Source: a virus
Virus record (IMG/VR): IMGVR_UViG_3300045988_131485
Direction: 5' to 3' (one strand)
DNA length: 64,000 bases
The first letter of the stretch is position 1. Each line of letters starts with the position of its first letter. Shown here one piece after another: positions 1-9,397 of the stretch. The position numbers and the translations under genes are program-made. The notes below the pieces were generated by a model. The model searched no databases. It had not been told where the DNA came from and saw only the letters and a program-made list of their open reading frames with translations.

Positions 1-123
1 AGGCCGATCATAGATGATGGCGGAAGACAGTACATCACGTTCAACCGAAAGAGATACTACATCAAGAATGCTGGGAGCCTCTATTCTCCCCACTATGTTT
101 TTGCCGATGAACGGAACCCCTGA
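1..123 (+). CDS. 3' end of a gene entering from the left edge (partial)
   Basis: Frame 1 is open from base 1 to TGA at 121-123 (..YITFNRKRYYIKNAGSLYSPHYVFADERNP*). No motif recognised. Confidence 0.4.
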   Translation, partial: RPIIDDGGRQYITFNRKRYYIKNAGSLYSPHYVFADERNP

Positions 124-138
124 AAGGAGCACCTGGGA

Positions 139-339
139 ATGACAAGAATCGGAAAAGAAACAATCATTCGTGCTCTGGAACAGCACGCGAAATCCCAATC
201 TGATATCGAACAGAATGCAAGGGAGCGCGGGGAACCAGACTTTGCTATTAAGGCAGGCCGTGAGAAGAATGTGGCTGTCGGTCTGGTGAGTGTGTTCCAA
301 GGTATTTTGGATAGCCCGAGTGGAACCGTTAAGATTTAA
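139..339 (+). CDS. hypothetical small protein (66 aa)
   Basis: ATG preceded by AAAGGAG-type RBS. Tight co-directional packing. No motif recognised. Confidence 0.5.
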   Translation: MTRIGKETIIRALEQHAKSQSDIEQNARERGEPDFAIKAGREKNVAVGLVSVFQGILDSPSGTVKI

Positions 340-357
340 GTATAAGGAGGTAGCAGT

Positions 358-927
358 GTGAAGATTACGGTTGCTGTCATAACCCCACAGGATTACGAAA
401 AATTCAATGCTGTCGGAATGAACGCCGAGGCGTGTCTGGCAGACCGTGTAAAGCTGATATGCCAAGATGACGCCGGACACGTGGCAGAGTCCTTCATGAA
501 ACAGGATGAGTTCGACCGGCTGGGGCTGGCCTATATCGAACAGCACGCAAAGCTGGAACACTCTGAGGTCTGCGACGAGTGGTTTATGAAGTGTTCTCAA
601 AATTCCTGGTACAACGATCTGGAACGCAATCCTGAGAAAGTCATCAAAGTTATGTTCGTCGGCATCGAAGACGGAACAGGCCGAGAGGTTTACCGAGGTG
701 TTGAGACACAGCGTTATTATCTGCGTGAGGTACACGCCCACCAGCTTTTTGCCAAGTGGTATTTGTGCGGAGAGCGCCGGGTGCCGGAGGATGGTAGAGA
801 GCCAAGACCTAACCTGGTTTTCCAACTGGGAGATCAGACGGAGAAGGTTGTGTATGACGACTGGAACGGCGTTGCTGCCTACAAGGATCAGTTCAACAAA
901 AACTTCCGAGAAAAGGTTAGCAAATAG
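358..927 (+). CDS. hypothetical protein (189 aa)
   Basis: GTG start shortly after AAGGAGG. 189-codon ORF. No motif recognised. Confidence 0.6.
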   Translation: MKITVAVITPQDYEKFNAVGMNAEACLADRVKLICQDDAGHVAESFMKQDEFDRLGLAYIEQHAKLEHSEVCDEWFMKCSQNSWYNDLERNPEKVIKVMFVGIEDGTGREVYRGVETQRYYLREVHAHQLFAKWYLCGERRVPEDGREPRPNLVFQLGDQTEKVVYDDWNGVAAYKDQFNKNFREKVSK

Positions 928-1003
928 TAGTTTCATCCTGAAAATGTAGTGGTCTGGGAGGCTCCACTATAAAAAGCCTCACCCCATAAAGTGAGGTGGC
1001 GAT

Positions 1004-1138
1004 ATGGAAATCCTCTTTGGGCTTGTCATCGTGGCCGTGAAGCTGATTTTGGAACACGTGGCCGTGAGGCACGCCAACAAATACTCCGATACCGTTGTTC
1101 GTAGATACAACAAAAATGAAAGTGAGGAAGAAAGATGA
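1004..1138 (+). CDS. possible small hydrophobic peptide (44 aa)
   Basis: ATG 4 nt after GAGGTGG. MEILFGLVIVAVKLIL.. has a hydrophobic N-terminus. Stop overlaps the next start (ATGA). Below the ORF-track size cutoff. Confidence 0.3.
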   Translation: MEILFGLVIVAVKLILEHVAVRHANKYSDTVVRRYNKNESEEER

Positions 1139-2106
1139 GTTTGATGGAGAAGTTCTCCGCCGTCGAGATCAAGGCGGACAACAGAATTTCCGAGGATGAC
1201 AAGGCGTTTTGTCTCCGCCAGCAGGAAGCCTTTGATAAGGCTGGGCCGGCGCTCCAGAAGGTTGCTGAGGCGATGTCCGCAGCCAAGGCAGAGCAGGCTG
1301 GAATCCTGACCGCAGACGAAGACTTTATCGACCGGTATGTGGGCGATGATTGCGACGTAGATGGTGTTTACGACACCATGAAGAAGAGGAACCGCACATT
1401 CATTTCAGCTGTCGTCAATTATTTCAGCCGCAAGTACAGTGTTGAGCTGGACAAGCACGAGATTGAGGAGCATCTTATTCCCACCGGCCCGAAGGAGCCG
1501 AATTTGCCCTGGGGTGGATACAGAAGCATGAGCGAGGACGAGATTGCCTCTTATCAGCAGGAGCTGGACGCCTATAAGGTCGAAAAGGATAAGTTTGAAC
1601 AGTCCTTGCGTACTCTCCCTCTCCGGTATGAACAGGTTGTGGATGAGATCTTTGTACAGCTGGGCGGATTCTCATTCCAGGAGCGAGCCATGAATGAGTT
1701 TCTCCGGTTGTGTTGGGACGCATCTCATCACAGAAATTGGAGTTCCGATCAGTATGTGGAAGAGTTCGAGATCAAGAACGATGTGCTCCGCCTGACCGGA
1801 TCGTGGGTATATTGTGATGAAAACAAATGGATGAGCAGTCCTGTCCCTGAGTATAAGCCCAGTGAGTCCCTGAAAACCATTCTGAATGCGCTGGCACACT
1901 ATGAGACTGGGAAGTTCAAGGACGGCGCAAATTGGTTCCCGGAGCTTTTCAAGTACGATACCAAGGAAAACCAGTTTGAGATCGCGTACATGAGCAAGGT
2001 CAAAAATATCAAGCTGTTCAAAAATGGCCGTGTGGATATCAAGTTCCGCAGTGCCGCTTTTGTCCAGGAGTTTGTGGGACAGTATTTGAGGAGGAACCCG
2101 GCATGA
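1135..2106 (+). CDS. hypothetical protein (323 aa)
   Basis: Long ORF with RBS GTGAGGAAGAAAG before ATG. No motif recognised. Confidence 0.7.
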   Translation: MSLMEKFSAVEIKADNRISEDDKAFCLRQQEAFDKAGPALQKVAEAMSAAKAEQAGILTADEDFIDRYVGDDCDVDGVYDTMKKRNRTFISAVVNYFSRKYSVELDKHEIEEHLIPTGPKEPNLPWGGYRSMSEDEIASYQQELDAYKVEKDKFEQSLRTLPLRYEQVVDEIFVQLGGFSFQERAMNEFLRLCWDASHHRNWSSDQYVEEFEIKNDVLRLTGSWVYCDENKWMSSPVPEYKPSESLKTILNALAHYETGKFKDGANWFPELFKYDTKENQFEIAYMSKVKNIKLFKNGRVDIKFRSAAFVQEFVGQYLRRNPA

Positions 2107-2660
2107 AACTGACAAAGAAGCAGCTCTCCGCCCTACAACGGATTGTAGGGCGGGAGCAGACCCGATATGACGAAACCCAGTCGGAGGCTCTGGCTGGTGT
2201 TCATCCCAGCGAGAAGCATTTTGCCATAACAGATGGAACTATGGTGGTGCTGTTTGCGGAACAGCCCGAGGGAATCCCCGTAGGTGATCGGACGGAAACG
2301 TATGATAAATACGTTCAGGACTATCTCAAGGACGCGAACGCTTCGTTGGTTGTTTCGCCGCCCACTGTGGATGATTGCAAAAAGATCATCCGTGAGTGGA
2401 GAGGTATGAAGCCTCTTTTCCCGAAGATTACCGTTACCACCGAGGATGAGAACGGCGCTCCTATGACGAGCTATTTCGACGCTTATCGCTATCTGGATAT
2501 CTTGGAGGCTGTCGGGCCGTATCGTAACATCTATATGGGGAGCAGCGACACAATACGGACGCCGTACCCGTGCCTACTGGTGTATAAGCGGTGTGGACGT
2601 GACGAGCGAGATAGTGTCAACTGGGACGAGCCGGCATTTCTGCTGCCGTGCCGTCCTTGA
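2103..2660 (+). CDS. hypothetical protein (185 aa)
   Basis: ATGA start/stop overlap with the upstream gene. No motif recognised. Confidence 0.65.
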   Translation: MKLTKKQLSALQRIVGREQTRYDETQSEALAGVHPSEKHFAITDGTMVVLFAEQPEGIPVGDRTETYDKYVQDYLKDANASLVVSPPTVDDCKKIIREWRGMKPLFPKITVTTEDENGAPMTSYFDAYRYLDILEAVGPYRNIYMGSSDTIRTPYPCLLVYKRCGRDERDSVNWDEPAFLLPCRP

Positions 2661-2675
2661 CAGGAGGAGGATGTT

Positions 2676-2900
2676 ATGAGTTTTGAAGACGCGCTTGAAA
2701 AGCTCTTGTCTCTGGGCATCTATAAATGTCTCGCAGAACGAGTTTTGAGAACTGTTTGCAAAACAGGAAGAAGCATGGACGTTATGGTAGGGAACGAGAT
2801 TTATTGTATCAATGCGGTATATTCGGGTGAGAGACGCGAGGATACGAAATTCTGGGGACTTGCTACAAGCAACTATACTTTCGATGTGGGGAGAGTTTGA
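2676..2900 (+). CDS. hypothetical small protein (74 aa)
   Basis: ATG after CAGGAGGAGG RBS. Confidence 0.55.
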   Translation: MSFEDALEKLLSLGIYKCLAERVLRTVCKTGRSMDVMVGNEIYCINAVYSGERREDTKFWGLATSNYTFDVGRV

Positions 2901-2901
2901 C

Positions 2902-3636
2902 ATGACCAGACGGAAAGTGATTTTCTGGAACGATCTGAATGACAGCTATATCGTTTCCGAGGAATATAACGGCGACAAGGCTGAAATGGAACGCTTCGGC
3001 CTTGGAGCCTGCGACCATACTTGGCCTGAGTTTATGGAGGCTATGAGCAGCGTGAGCAACATGGCGGACTTCCTCAAGGTGATCTCCTACATCACTGCCA
3101 GTTACCATGCTACTGTCAATGGCGTGCCTCTCCCGGAGCAGGCCAATAACCTGCCTGGGTCACGGCTGAATGTCGCCCATAGCCATAAGGAGCTGTATAA
3201 CTTAGTTGGCGACATGGATGAGGTGTGGGAGGTCAAGCGGAATATCTCTGGCGCTCATCTGCTGGACGTGTCCACCATCGCTCCCAAGCCCAAGCAGGTC
3301 TGGGACGGAAAGGAAGTCATAGATGAGGATGACTTCGACTACGCCACCGCAAAGCCCGGTGACTTTGTGACTCAGGCCGTAGTGGACAATGCAATGGATT
3401 GTCTGCCACCTGTTTGTATGAGTGCCCGGTGCTCTCAGATGGGCGAGCCGTACTCCAGCAAGCTGGATGAAAAGACCGGCGAATGGCGGAGCATCTATGC
3501 CACCTTCCGTAAGGTCGGTGGAGAGTGGCCGAATGGTATTTGGGAATACTGCGGTCACTGCTTCCGGGGTGAAACAGTGGAACGGGGCAAAGAAATGGCT
3601 CATATCCAAAATTTTCTCGCTACTATTGAGAGATGA
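2902..3636 (+). CDS. hypothetical protein (244 aa)
   Basis: Internal ATG at 2902 directly follows the stop of 2676..2900. The upstream part of the tracked ORF (2812..) overlaps that gene. Confidence 0.6.
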   Translation: MTRRKVIFWNDLNDSYIVSEEYNGDKAEMERFGLGACDHTWPEFMEAMSSVSNMADFLKVISYITASYHATVNGVPLPEQANNLPGSRLNVAHSHKELYNLVGDMDEVWEVKRNISGAHLLDVSTIAPKPKQVWDGKEVIDEDDFDYATAKPGDFVTQAVVDNAMDCLPPVCMSARCSQMGEPYSSKLDEKTGEWRSIYATFRKVGGEWPNGIWEYCGHCFRGETVERGKEMAHIQNFLATIER

Positions 3637-4520
3637 GGTTAGCATCCGTCGTCTCCCGCCTTAATTACAGACGGGAGACGAAAATTTTGGAGGTGTTAAT
3701 TTTGAAACGGTTTAAGGTGCAAACCGCAGACGGCCACACTTTGCTGCTCTACTATCCCACCCAAGAGAAAGCCCAGGAGAGCTACCCGGACGCCACAATT
3801 ACGGAACATACCGACCAATCTCATGTAGAGTACATTGAGCGGATGCTTGCTGCCGCCAACGATTGTAAAACGGCGGAACGCAAAGGTTCTACCGTTTATC
3901 TTCTCAGGTTTAATACGTCGGCGGGCATCTGTTTGGCGATGCTTTCCCGAGATATCAGCGACGGAATGTGGTACGACTTGTGCCAGTATCAATTCTGGAA
4001 ATCCGGGGCACTGGTCGCTCCAATCACTAAGACCCTATCTAATCCGGCTGCGTTTTGTAAACAGTTTCTTTTCCCGAAGTCGGAATACCAAGTGCTTTGC
4101 GCTGGCGGCAAGCTCCCAAAGCCGGAAGAAATCAGAGGCGTTAGGAAATTCGCTTCTGTCCCTTTTGAGGGAATATGTCAGTGCCAGCTATTCCTAAAAG
4201 GTGACGACTTATATATCAAGCATAACGACTACTTTTCAGAAACGCACTCCACCGGAAAGATTGATCCGCGCACCAACATGGAGGAACGGGTGCTATATAT
4301 TTGCCACGCATGGCTGAGGATTACCAATTTTGTACCATTGGTAAAACTCCTGAACAACGTGGAAATTTCTGCCACAGTTTGGCCTATGCTTCGGGACTTC
4401 CACCAATGGCCGGCAGGTGAATATAATATGGAGTGGAACCGCTTTTTGGAGGGTGTAGCGAGGGCTACAAGAAACTATCTGAGCAAAAAGGAGGTAGGTT
4501 ATGGAACAGAGAACTTGTAA
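3633..4520 (+). CDS. hypothetical protein (about 270-295 aa)
   Basis: ATGA overlap with the upstream gene. Alternative TTG start near 3702 after GGAGG. No motif recognised. Confidence 0.6.
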   Translation: MRLASVVSRLNYRRETKILEVLILKRFKVQTADGHTLLLYYPTQEKAQESYPDATITEHTDQSHVEYIERMLAAANDCKTAERKGSTVYLLRFNTSAGICLAMLSRDISDGMWYDLCQYQFWKSGALVAPITKTLSNPAAFCKQFLFPKSEYQVLCAGGKLPKPEEIRGVRKFASVPFEGICQCQLFLKGDDLYIKHNDYFSETHSTGKIDPRTNMEERVLYICHAWLRITNFVPLVKLLNNVEISATVWPMLRDFHQWPAGEYNMEWNRFLEGVARATRNYLSKKEVGYGTENL

Positions 4521-4989
4521 TATCATCATGTGCTGCAAGGGGCATTGCAAACTCGCGGGCGAAAATGCTCCGCCGTTGGAGGCCATCGCTGCATACATGA
4601 GCGCTGAGTGCGCTTGTCCGAAGGAAGACTACACCGGAAAGCTGATGGAAATGATTTTGAGAGAGGCGCTGTTTGATTATATGGCGGGCGCGGACAAGCC
4701 CGGATATGAGCTGCGCCAGCTTCTTCAGCAATATGCCACACGTGACCCCAATCTTTCGGAGCGTATCTACACCTTATTCCAGTTAGCCCAAGTGAGAGAT
4801 GATAACAGGTATGTCAATGGGTTTACGGATAAATTGCTCCGGCAAAGTGAGATTGATCTTGGAGCCTCCAGAGACAGTATGCCCTGTCTTTTGGATGAAA
4901 AGAAGATCGTCAATTATCCTTGTTCTCGCGCCTGCCCGCTTTTTGGAGACTGCGTTACAAAGTGGTATCAGGTAAGAAAAAGAGCTTGA
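4501..4989 (+). CDS. hypothetical Cys-rich protein (162 aa)
   Basis: ATG after AAGGAGG RBS. Several Cys pairs. No family recognised. Confidence 0.6.
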   Translation: MEQRTCNIIMCCKGHCKLAGENAPPLEAIAAYMSAECACPKEDYTGKLMEMILREALFDYMAGADKPGYELRQLLQQYATRDPNLSERIYTLFQLAQVRDDNRYVNGFTDKLLRQSEIDLGASRDSMPCLLDEKKIVNYPCSRACPLFGDCVTKWYQVRKRA

Positions 4990-5100
4990 CCGGTTAGCAA
5001 TCCCCCTTTTCTTTCTGTAATAGAAGTGAGGGGCGCGGTTCTGAGAGGACTCCGCATAAAAGCCTCTCTCCAGAAAAAGAAAGATAGAGCAGGTGAAAGA

Positions 5101-8100
5101 ATGAAGTATCAATACCTTAATGAACCGATTCCCCAGGAAGCCCGACATGAGTTGAACGACAAGATCCTCTATTTGGTAGACCAGGATTTGGCCGAACAGT
5201 CTGGGATCTCCCGTGAGGATATCTATAATGCCTATACCGGAGACGGTGGATTGCATGGCCTGAAACGCTCTGACTTTGCCAACTATCATGAGTATGCGGA
5301 GGCTAAGAAGGAGATCGAGAACGGTCAGTTCTTTACACCTCCCGCTCTTTGCCAGTTTATCATGGAGGCGCTGTCCCCTGCTATGGACGAAACGGTAGCA
5401 GACCTCACCTCTGGCATCGCCAACTTCTGTAACTTCATGCCGCTGGAGGCAAACTTCTACGGCTGTGAGTTGGACATCAAGTCCCACAAAGTAGCGCACT
5501 ATCTTTACCCCGCCGCTAATCTGGAACACCGTGATATCCGTTTCTATCAGCCGAATATGCGGTTTGACTATGTAGTGGGCAACCCTCCGTTCAATCTGAA
5601 ATGGGAGACGGAGGGTGGCGAGATCATCTCTCAGATGTACTACTGCCTGAAAGCGGCGAAGCTGCTGAAGCCTCTGGGCATTATGGCGATTGTGGTGCCG
5701 GCGTCTTTCCTGGCCGACGAATATTTGGACGGTGCGAAAATTTCCGAACTGGCAAAAGATTTCTCTTTCCTGGGTCAGGTCTCCATTCAGAAGGATGCGT
5801 TCAAATCTCTTGGCGTGGATAGCTACGCTACCAAGATACTCTTTTGGCAGAAGAAGCTGGACGTTGCCGACAAGGGAGAACCTTATGCTCTGAACAGTGC
5901 CAACTGGTTCAATCTGACCGACATGAATAACGCGGCAGAGCTGCTTGAGATCGTCCGTAAGGAAGTCGTTGCCCCGGCCAGAGAGCGGATGCGGAGCAAC
6001 AGTGCCCGCGTTAAGCTGGTGTCGATGGGTGGGAGCGACAATGCGTTCGAGTATGAAGTGCGGAAGCTGATGTTCCATATCAAGTCCAACCCCAAACTGA
6101 TAGACAAATATGCCAAGTGTCAGGAATATCTCTACAAGTTCCGCCATCAGGAACAGCCCAAGGATATGAAGTATGAGGAATGGGCAAAAATCCGTATTAC
6201 GGAAGCTAAGGTATTGGCCTATCTTCGTCGTGTTATCAAGTCTCAGCATAAGAAGCCCAGCCAGGATGTGGTACGACTGGTCAAGCAGGATGGAGGGCTG
6301 ATTTACAAAGGGTACAGCAAAAAGGCACAGAACAGCATGAGCGACGGCATGAAACAGCTCGTTCCCTTCTATGCCCTTGCCTCTGGACAAGCGGATGATA
6401 CAGGTCTTGAGCAGTATGCCCGCCTTATTCGTCGTAAGCAGCGCGACTATGAGCGAGAGACAAAACCTTTTACCGAGATGGAACAGGACGCCGAGATCGC
6501 TCAGTTCCTGGATGACTTTACCGTTTATGACAATGAGAACGAGGAGTGGATTCACCTCAATAACACCCAGAAGCACGACCTGAACCTCGTTCTTCAGAAG
6601 CATTATCATCTGTTACAGTGGGAACAGGGTGGTGGCAAGACGCTGGCCGGCATCTCCACAGGCCGGTATCGGATGGAGCGTCAGGGCGCTCGTAACGTGT
6701 GGGTGGTATCCACTGCTATCTCCATCAAGAACAACTGGGATCTGGTGTTCAAAAACTATGGCATGACCAACTACCGGATGATAAAGTGCCTCGCCGACCT
6801 CGACAAAGTACAGGATGGGGAGTTCGTTATCATCACCCTGAATATGCTTACCAAGTACCGTAAGCAGATCAAGCGCCATATCAAAATGCGGGACCAGAAC
6901 GTGTGCTTGGTGTTCGATGAGTCCGACGAGATGACCAACCCGGATAGCAAGCGCACAAAGGCTGTGTTGGATTGTTTTCGGAGAGTACGGTTTAAGCTGG
7001 AAATGACTGGCACTGTCACCCGGAACAACATCTCGGAATGTGCGCCTCAGCTTGAGCTGCTTTATAACAACTCTTACAATATGCTCTCCTGGGCAGAAGA
7101 TCTATATTGCTATGAGAAGGATGACTGTGAGGAATATCTGAACTGTTCAAGTAATCCTTACTACGGCCAGCCCTTCCCTGCTTATAAAGCTGGATACAAT
7201 CTGTTCGCTGAATCCCATCTGCCTGAGCGGATCACCGTTTTCGGAGTGGGTAAGAAAACCCAAGACATTTACAATGCGGATGTCCTGAACAAGCTCCTCT
7301 CCTACTCGGTCATCACCCGGACTTTCGCGGAGATCACCGGCAAAGAGATACGTAGACTTCATCAAACCCCAGTTTCATTCGCTCCTGCAGAGCGTGAAGT
7401 CTATCAAAAGGCCATGGAAGAGTTTTTCTCCATGCGCCAGCGGTACTTCGCCCTTACCGGGAATAGCCGCAAGGATAGCATGATGGCGCTGATCCAGCAG
7501 ATTACTTTGTTGCTCCGTATCTCTGCTGCACCCAACACTGTGGAGGAATACGACAGCCCGAATACGCCGGTCAAAATTCGGAAGGTTTGTGACATGGTGG
7601 GCGAATGGAAGGATGAGATTGTAGTTATTGGTGTCCGCCATAAGAACGTGGTGGAAGCATACGCTAATGAAATCCGCAGGAGATTCCCGGATCGGAAGCT
7701 GTTTGTCGTGACCGGCTCTACCACCACTCTGGCCGGACGTCGGAAGCTGAAAAATACTCTGAAAGAAAGCGGAAACGGCATTCTCCTTTGTACCCAGCAG
7801 TGCCTCCCCTCCTCTGTCAACTTTGAGTTCGTCAACAAAGTTATCATCCCGGAGCTGCATTACAACAATGCGCGGATGAGCCAGTTCTATATGCGGTTTG
7901 TTCGCTTTACCTCTACGGACTGGAAAGACATCTACTTTGTTACTTACTCTGGAAGCATTGAGTCCAACCAGATGCAAATGGTGCTCGCCAAAGAGAAACT
8001 GAACCTTTTCATGAAGGGGCAGGACGTAGATCTGGATGAGGTGTATGACCGCTTTGGCGTGGATTATGACCTGATGAGCCTGTTGATGTCTCGTGAGGCA

Positions 8101-8151
8101 GACGAGGACGGAAACTTCAAAATCTCTTGGGGAGAGCAGAAGATCAGCTAA
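5101..8151 (+). CDS. fusion protein: N6-adenine DNA methyltransferase domain plus SNF2/DEAD-like helicase domain
   Basis: ATG 5101. Methyltransferase motif IV VVGNPPFNLKW and AdoMet-region DLTSGIANF. Helicase Walker A GGGKT, motif II DESDE, motif III MTGT and C-terminal helicase blocks. Confidence 0.85.
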   Translation: MKYQYLNEPIPQEARHELNDKILYLVDQDLAEQSGISREDIYNAYTGDGGLHGLKRSDFANYHEYAEAKKEIENGQFFTPPALCQFIMEALSPAMDETVADLTSGIANFCNFMPLEANFYGCELDIKSHKVAHYLYPAANLEHRDIRFYQPNMRFDYVVGNPPFNLKWETEGGEIISQMYYCLKAAKLLKPLGIMAIVVPASFLADEYLDGAKISELAKDFSFLGQVSIQKDAFKSLGVDSYATKILFWQKKLDVADKGEPYALNSANWFNLTDMNNAAELLEIVRKEVVAPARERMRSNSARVKLVSMGGSDNAFEYEVRKLMFHIKSNPKLIDKYAKCQEYLYKFRHQEQPKDMKYEEWAKIRITEAKVLAYLRRVIKSQHKKPSQDVVRLVKQDGGLIYKGYSKKAQNSMSDGMKQLVPFYALASGQADDTGLEQYARLIRRKQRDYERETKPFTEMEQDAEIAQFLDDFTVYDNENEEWIHLNNTQKHDLNLVLQKHYHLLQWEQGGGKTLAGISTGRYRMERQGARNVWVVSTAISIKNNWDLVFKNYGMTNYRMIKCLADLDKVQDGEFVIITLNMLTKYRKQIKRHIKMRDQNVCLVFDESDEMTNPDSKRTKAVLDCFRRVRFKLEMTGTVTRNNISECAPQLELLYNNSYNMLSWAEDLYCYEKDDCEEYLNCSSNPYYGQPFPAYKAGYNLFAESHLPERITVFGVGKKTQDIYNADVLNKLLSYSVITRTFAEITGKEIRRLHQTPVSFAPAEREVYQKAMEEFFSMRQRYFALTGNSRKDSMMALIQQITLLLRISAAPNTVEEYDSPNTPVKIRKVCDMVGEWKDEIVVIGVRHKNVVEAYANEIRRRFPDRKLFVVTGSTTTLAGRRKLKNTLKESGNGILLCTQQCLPSSVNFEFVNKVIIPELHYNNARMSQFYMRFVRFTSTDWKDIYFVTYSGSIESNQMQMVLAKEKLNLFMKGQDVDLDEVYDRFGVDYDLMSLLMSREADEDGNFKISWGEQKIS

Positions 8152-8159
8152 TAATAAAA

Positions 8160-8185
8160 CCGCCCTCTTCGGAGGGCGGTTCATT
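8160..8185. terminator. bidirectional intrinsic terminator between convergent genes
   Basis: CCGCCCTC-TTCG-GAGGGCGG hairpin, flanked by an A-run upstream and TTCATTT downstream. Confidence 0.75.
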
Positions 8186-8781
8186 TAGGCCATGTACTTA
8201 TTGCGGAATATACGAAGCATTCCGTTTTCCCATGCCGTTTTGACATGGCCTCTGCACCATTTTGTGTATCGGTCGAATTGAAGTGCTGCCGCTTGATTGG
8301 ACAACCCGTATGTTGCCTTGATCTCAGAAGCGGAACGGATACCCATTTCACGCAGGATAGGAAGCGGAGCAAGTAAATTCCAGGCGAAGTAGTCTGCCTC
8401 GCTCTCGAACTGGTCATAGAAGCCCCTTTGCTCATTGTAGGCGATTTCGGCTCCCTCTATGACTTCCAGATGGCCTATATAGATATGGCCGATCTCATGC
8501 GCCAAAGTCCACCGGATACGGCCAGCGTTCATTTCAGCATTGTAGAGAATAAGATAACGGTTTGTATCTGGATCGTAGTGCGTCGCTCCAGAATTGCTTT
8601 TGCATAGAACGGCAACGTCTTGGACAGTGCATCCAGTGACTTCGGCCATTTCCTGATACGACAAAATACGACAGCTTTTGGGGATGCACTGCAAGAGCAA
8701 TTCAGGTTGGATAGGATAGGATACAGAATCCATGTCCTGGTAAAGCTCCAAGACCTTACGCTGTACAAAAACACTCCTCAC
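8185..8781 (-). CDS. immA: ImmA/IrrE-family zinc metallopeptidase (anti-repressor protease)
   Basis: HEXXH motif LAHEIGHIYIGH. GTG start 8 nt after AAAGGAGGG. Lies immediately downstream of the XRE repressor, as in immR-immA pairs. Confidence 0.85.
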   Translation of the reverse strand: MRSVFVQRKVLELYQDMDSVSYPIQPELLLQCIPKSCRILSYQEMAEVTGCTVQDVAVLCKSNSGATHYDPDTNRYLILYNAEMNAGRIRWTLAHEIGHIYIGHLEVIEGAEIAYNEQRGFYDQFESEADYFAWNLLAPLPILREMGIRSASEIKATYGLSNQAAALQFDRYTKWCRGHVKTAWENGMLRIFRNKYMA

Positions 8782-8832
8782 TATTTTGCCCTCCTTTCGC
8801 TACACGGAGACATCATAAGTGCATATTATAAT

Positions 8833-9219
8833 TTATTCCGTGTCCAATAAAACGGACTTCTTCTGCTGCGGATTATTCTCATCGGAAAAAGCGTAGTCAA
8901 ATCCGATTTTCAGAATACCCATCATGCGGTTTCTATCCTGCTCAGTCATGCGCTCTCTGGCTCGCTGGAGGGTAATATAGTCGGGGTCGCCAAGCATGGT
9001 ATCGGCAGTAGAGCGCACATTAGAAGCGCCTACCAGGTAGTCAATGGAGACATGGAAATACTCGGCGATCTTGGAGATTTTATCAATGGTTGGAGAGGTA
9101 GCGCTTTTCCACCTTCCAATAGAATATTGGCTCATACCAAGTTCGGATTCCAGTTTGTTGATTGTGATGTTATTTTCAGCACACAATTCTTTAATCCTTG
9201 TAAAAATGACAGAGTCCAT
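8833..9219 (-). CDS. XRE-family HTH repressor (cI/ImmR-like)
   Basis: N-terminal HTH (ITINKLESELGMSQYSIGRWKSATSPTIDKISKIAEYFHVSIDYLVG). Divergent from the early promoter. Confidence 0.85.
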   Translation of the reverse strand: MDSVIFTRIKELCAENNITINKLESELGMSQYSIGRWKSATSPTIDKISKIAEYFHVSIDYLVGASNVRSTADTMLGDPDYITLQRARERMTEQDRNRMMGILKIGFDYAFSDENNPQQKKSVLLDTE

Positions 9220-9249
9220 AACACAACCTCCAAACAGAGAATTTGAATG

Positions 9250-9267
9250 TCACGAATTTTTTCGTGA
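9250..9267. promoter_or_regulatory. operator-like inverted repeat O1
   Basis: TCACGAA-tttt-TTCGTGA perfect palindrome just upstream of the -35 of the rightward promoter. Confidence 0.6.
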
Positions 9268-9274
9268 AAAGCAC

Positions 9275-9303
9275 TTGACAGCATGAAAGTAAGCTGGTAT
9301 AGT
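9275..9303 (+). promoter_or_regulatory. sigma-A-type early rightward promoter
   Basis: TTGACA (9275-9280), 17-nt spacer, TATAGT (9298-9303). Confidence 0.7.
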
Positions 9304-9313
9304 AAATACCAGA

Positions 9314-9329
9314 CACGAACTTATTCGTG
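9314..9329. promoter_or_regulatory. operator-like inverted repeat O2
   Basis: CACGAA-ctta-TTCGTG has the same half-sites as O1 and lies 10 nt downstream of the -10. Confidence 0.6.
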
Positions 9330-9397
9330 AAGTTGATTATATCATATCACACGTTTTCAGTTTAGTCAACCTAATACTTATTTGGAGGCGCGTAAAA

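Noticed and set aside
4783-6609. 608-aa ORF on the minus strand, antisense to the methyltransferase-helicase gene
   Set aside because: There is no RBS. The composition is typical of a shadow frame (Leu/Val/Gln-rich, with no motifs). It lies fully inside a plus-strand gene that has clear methyltransferase and helicase motifs.
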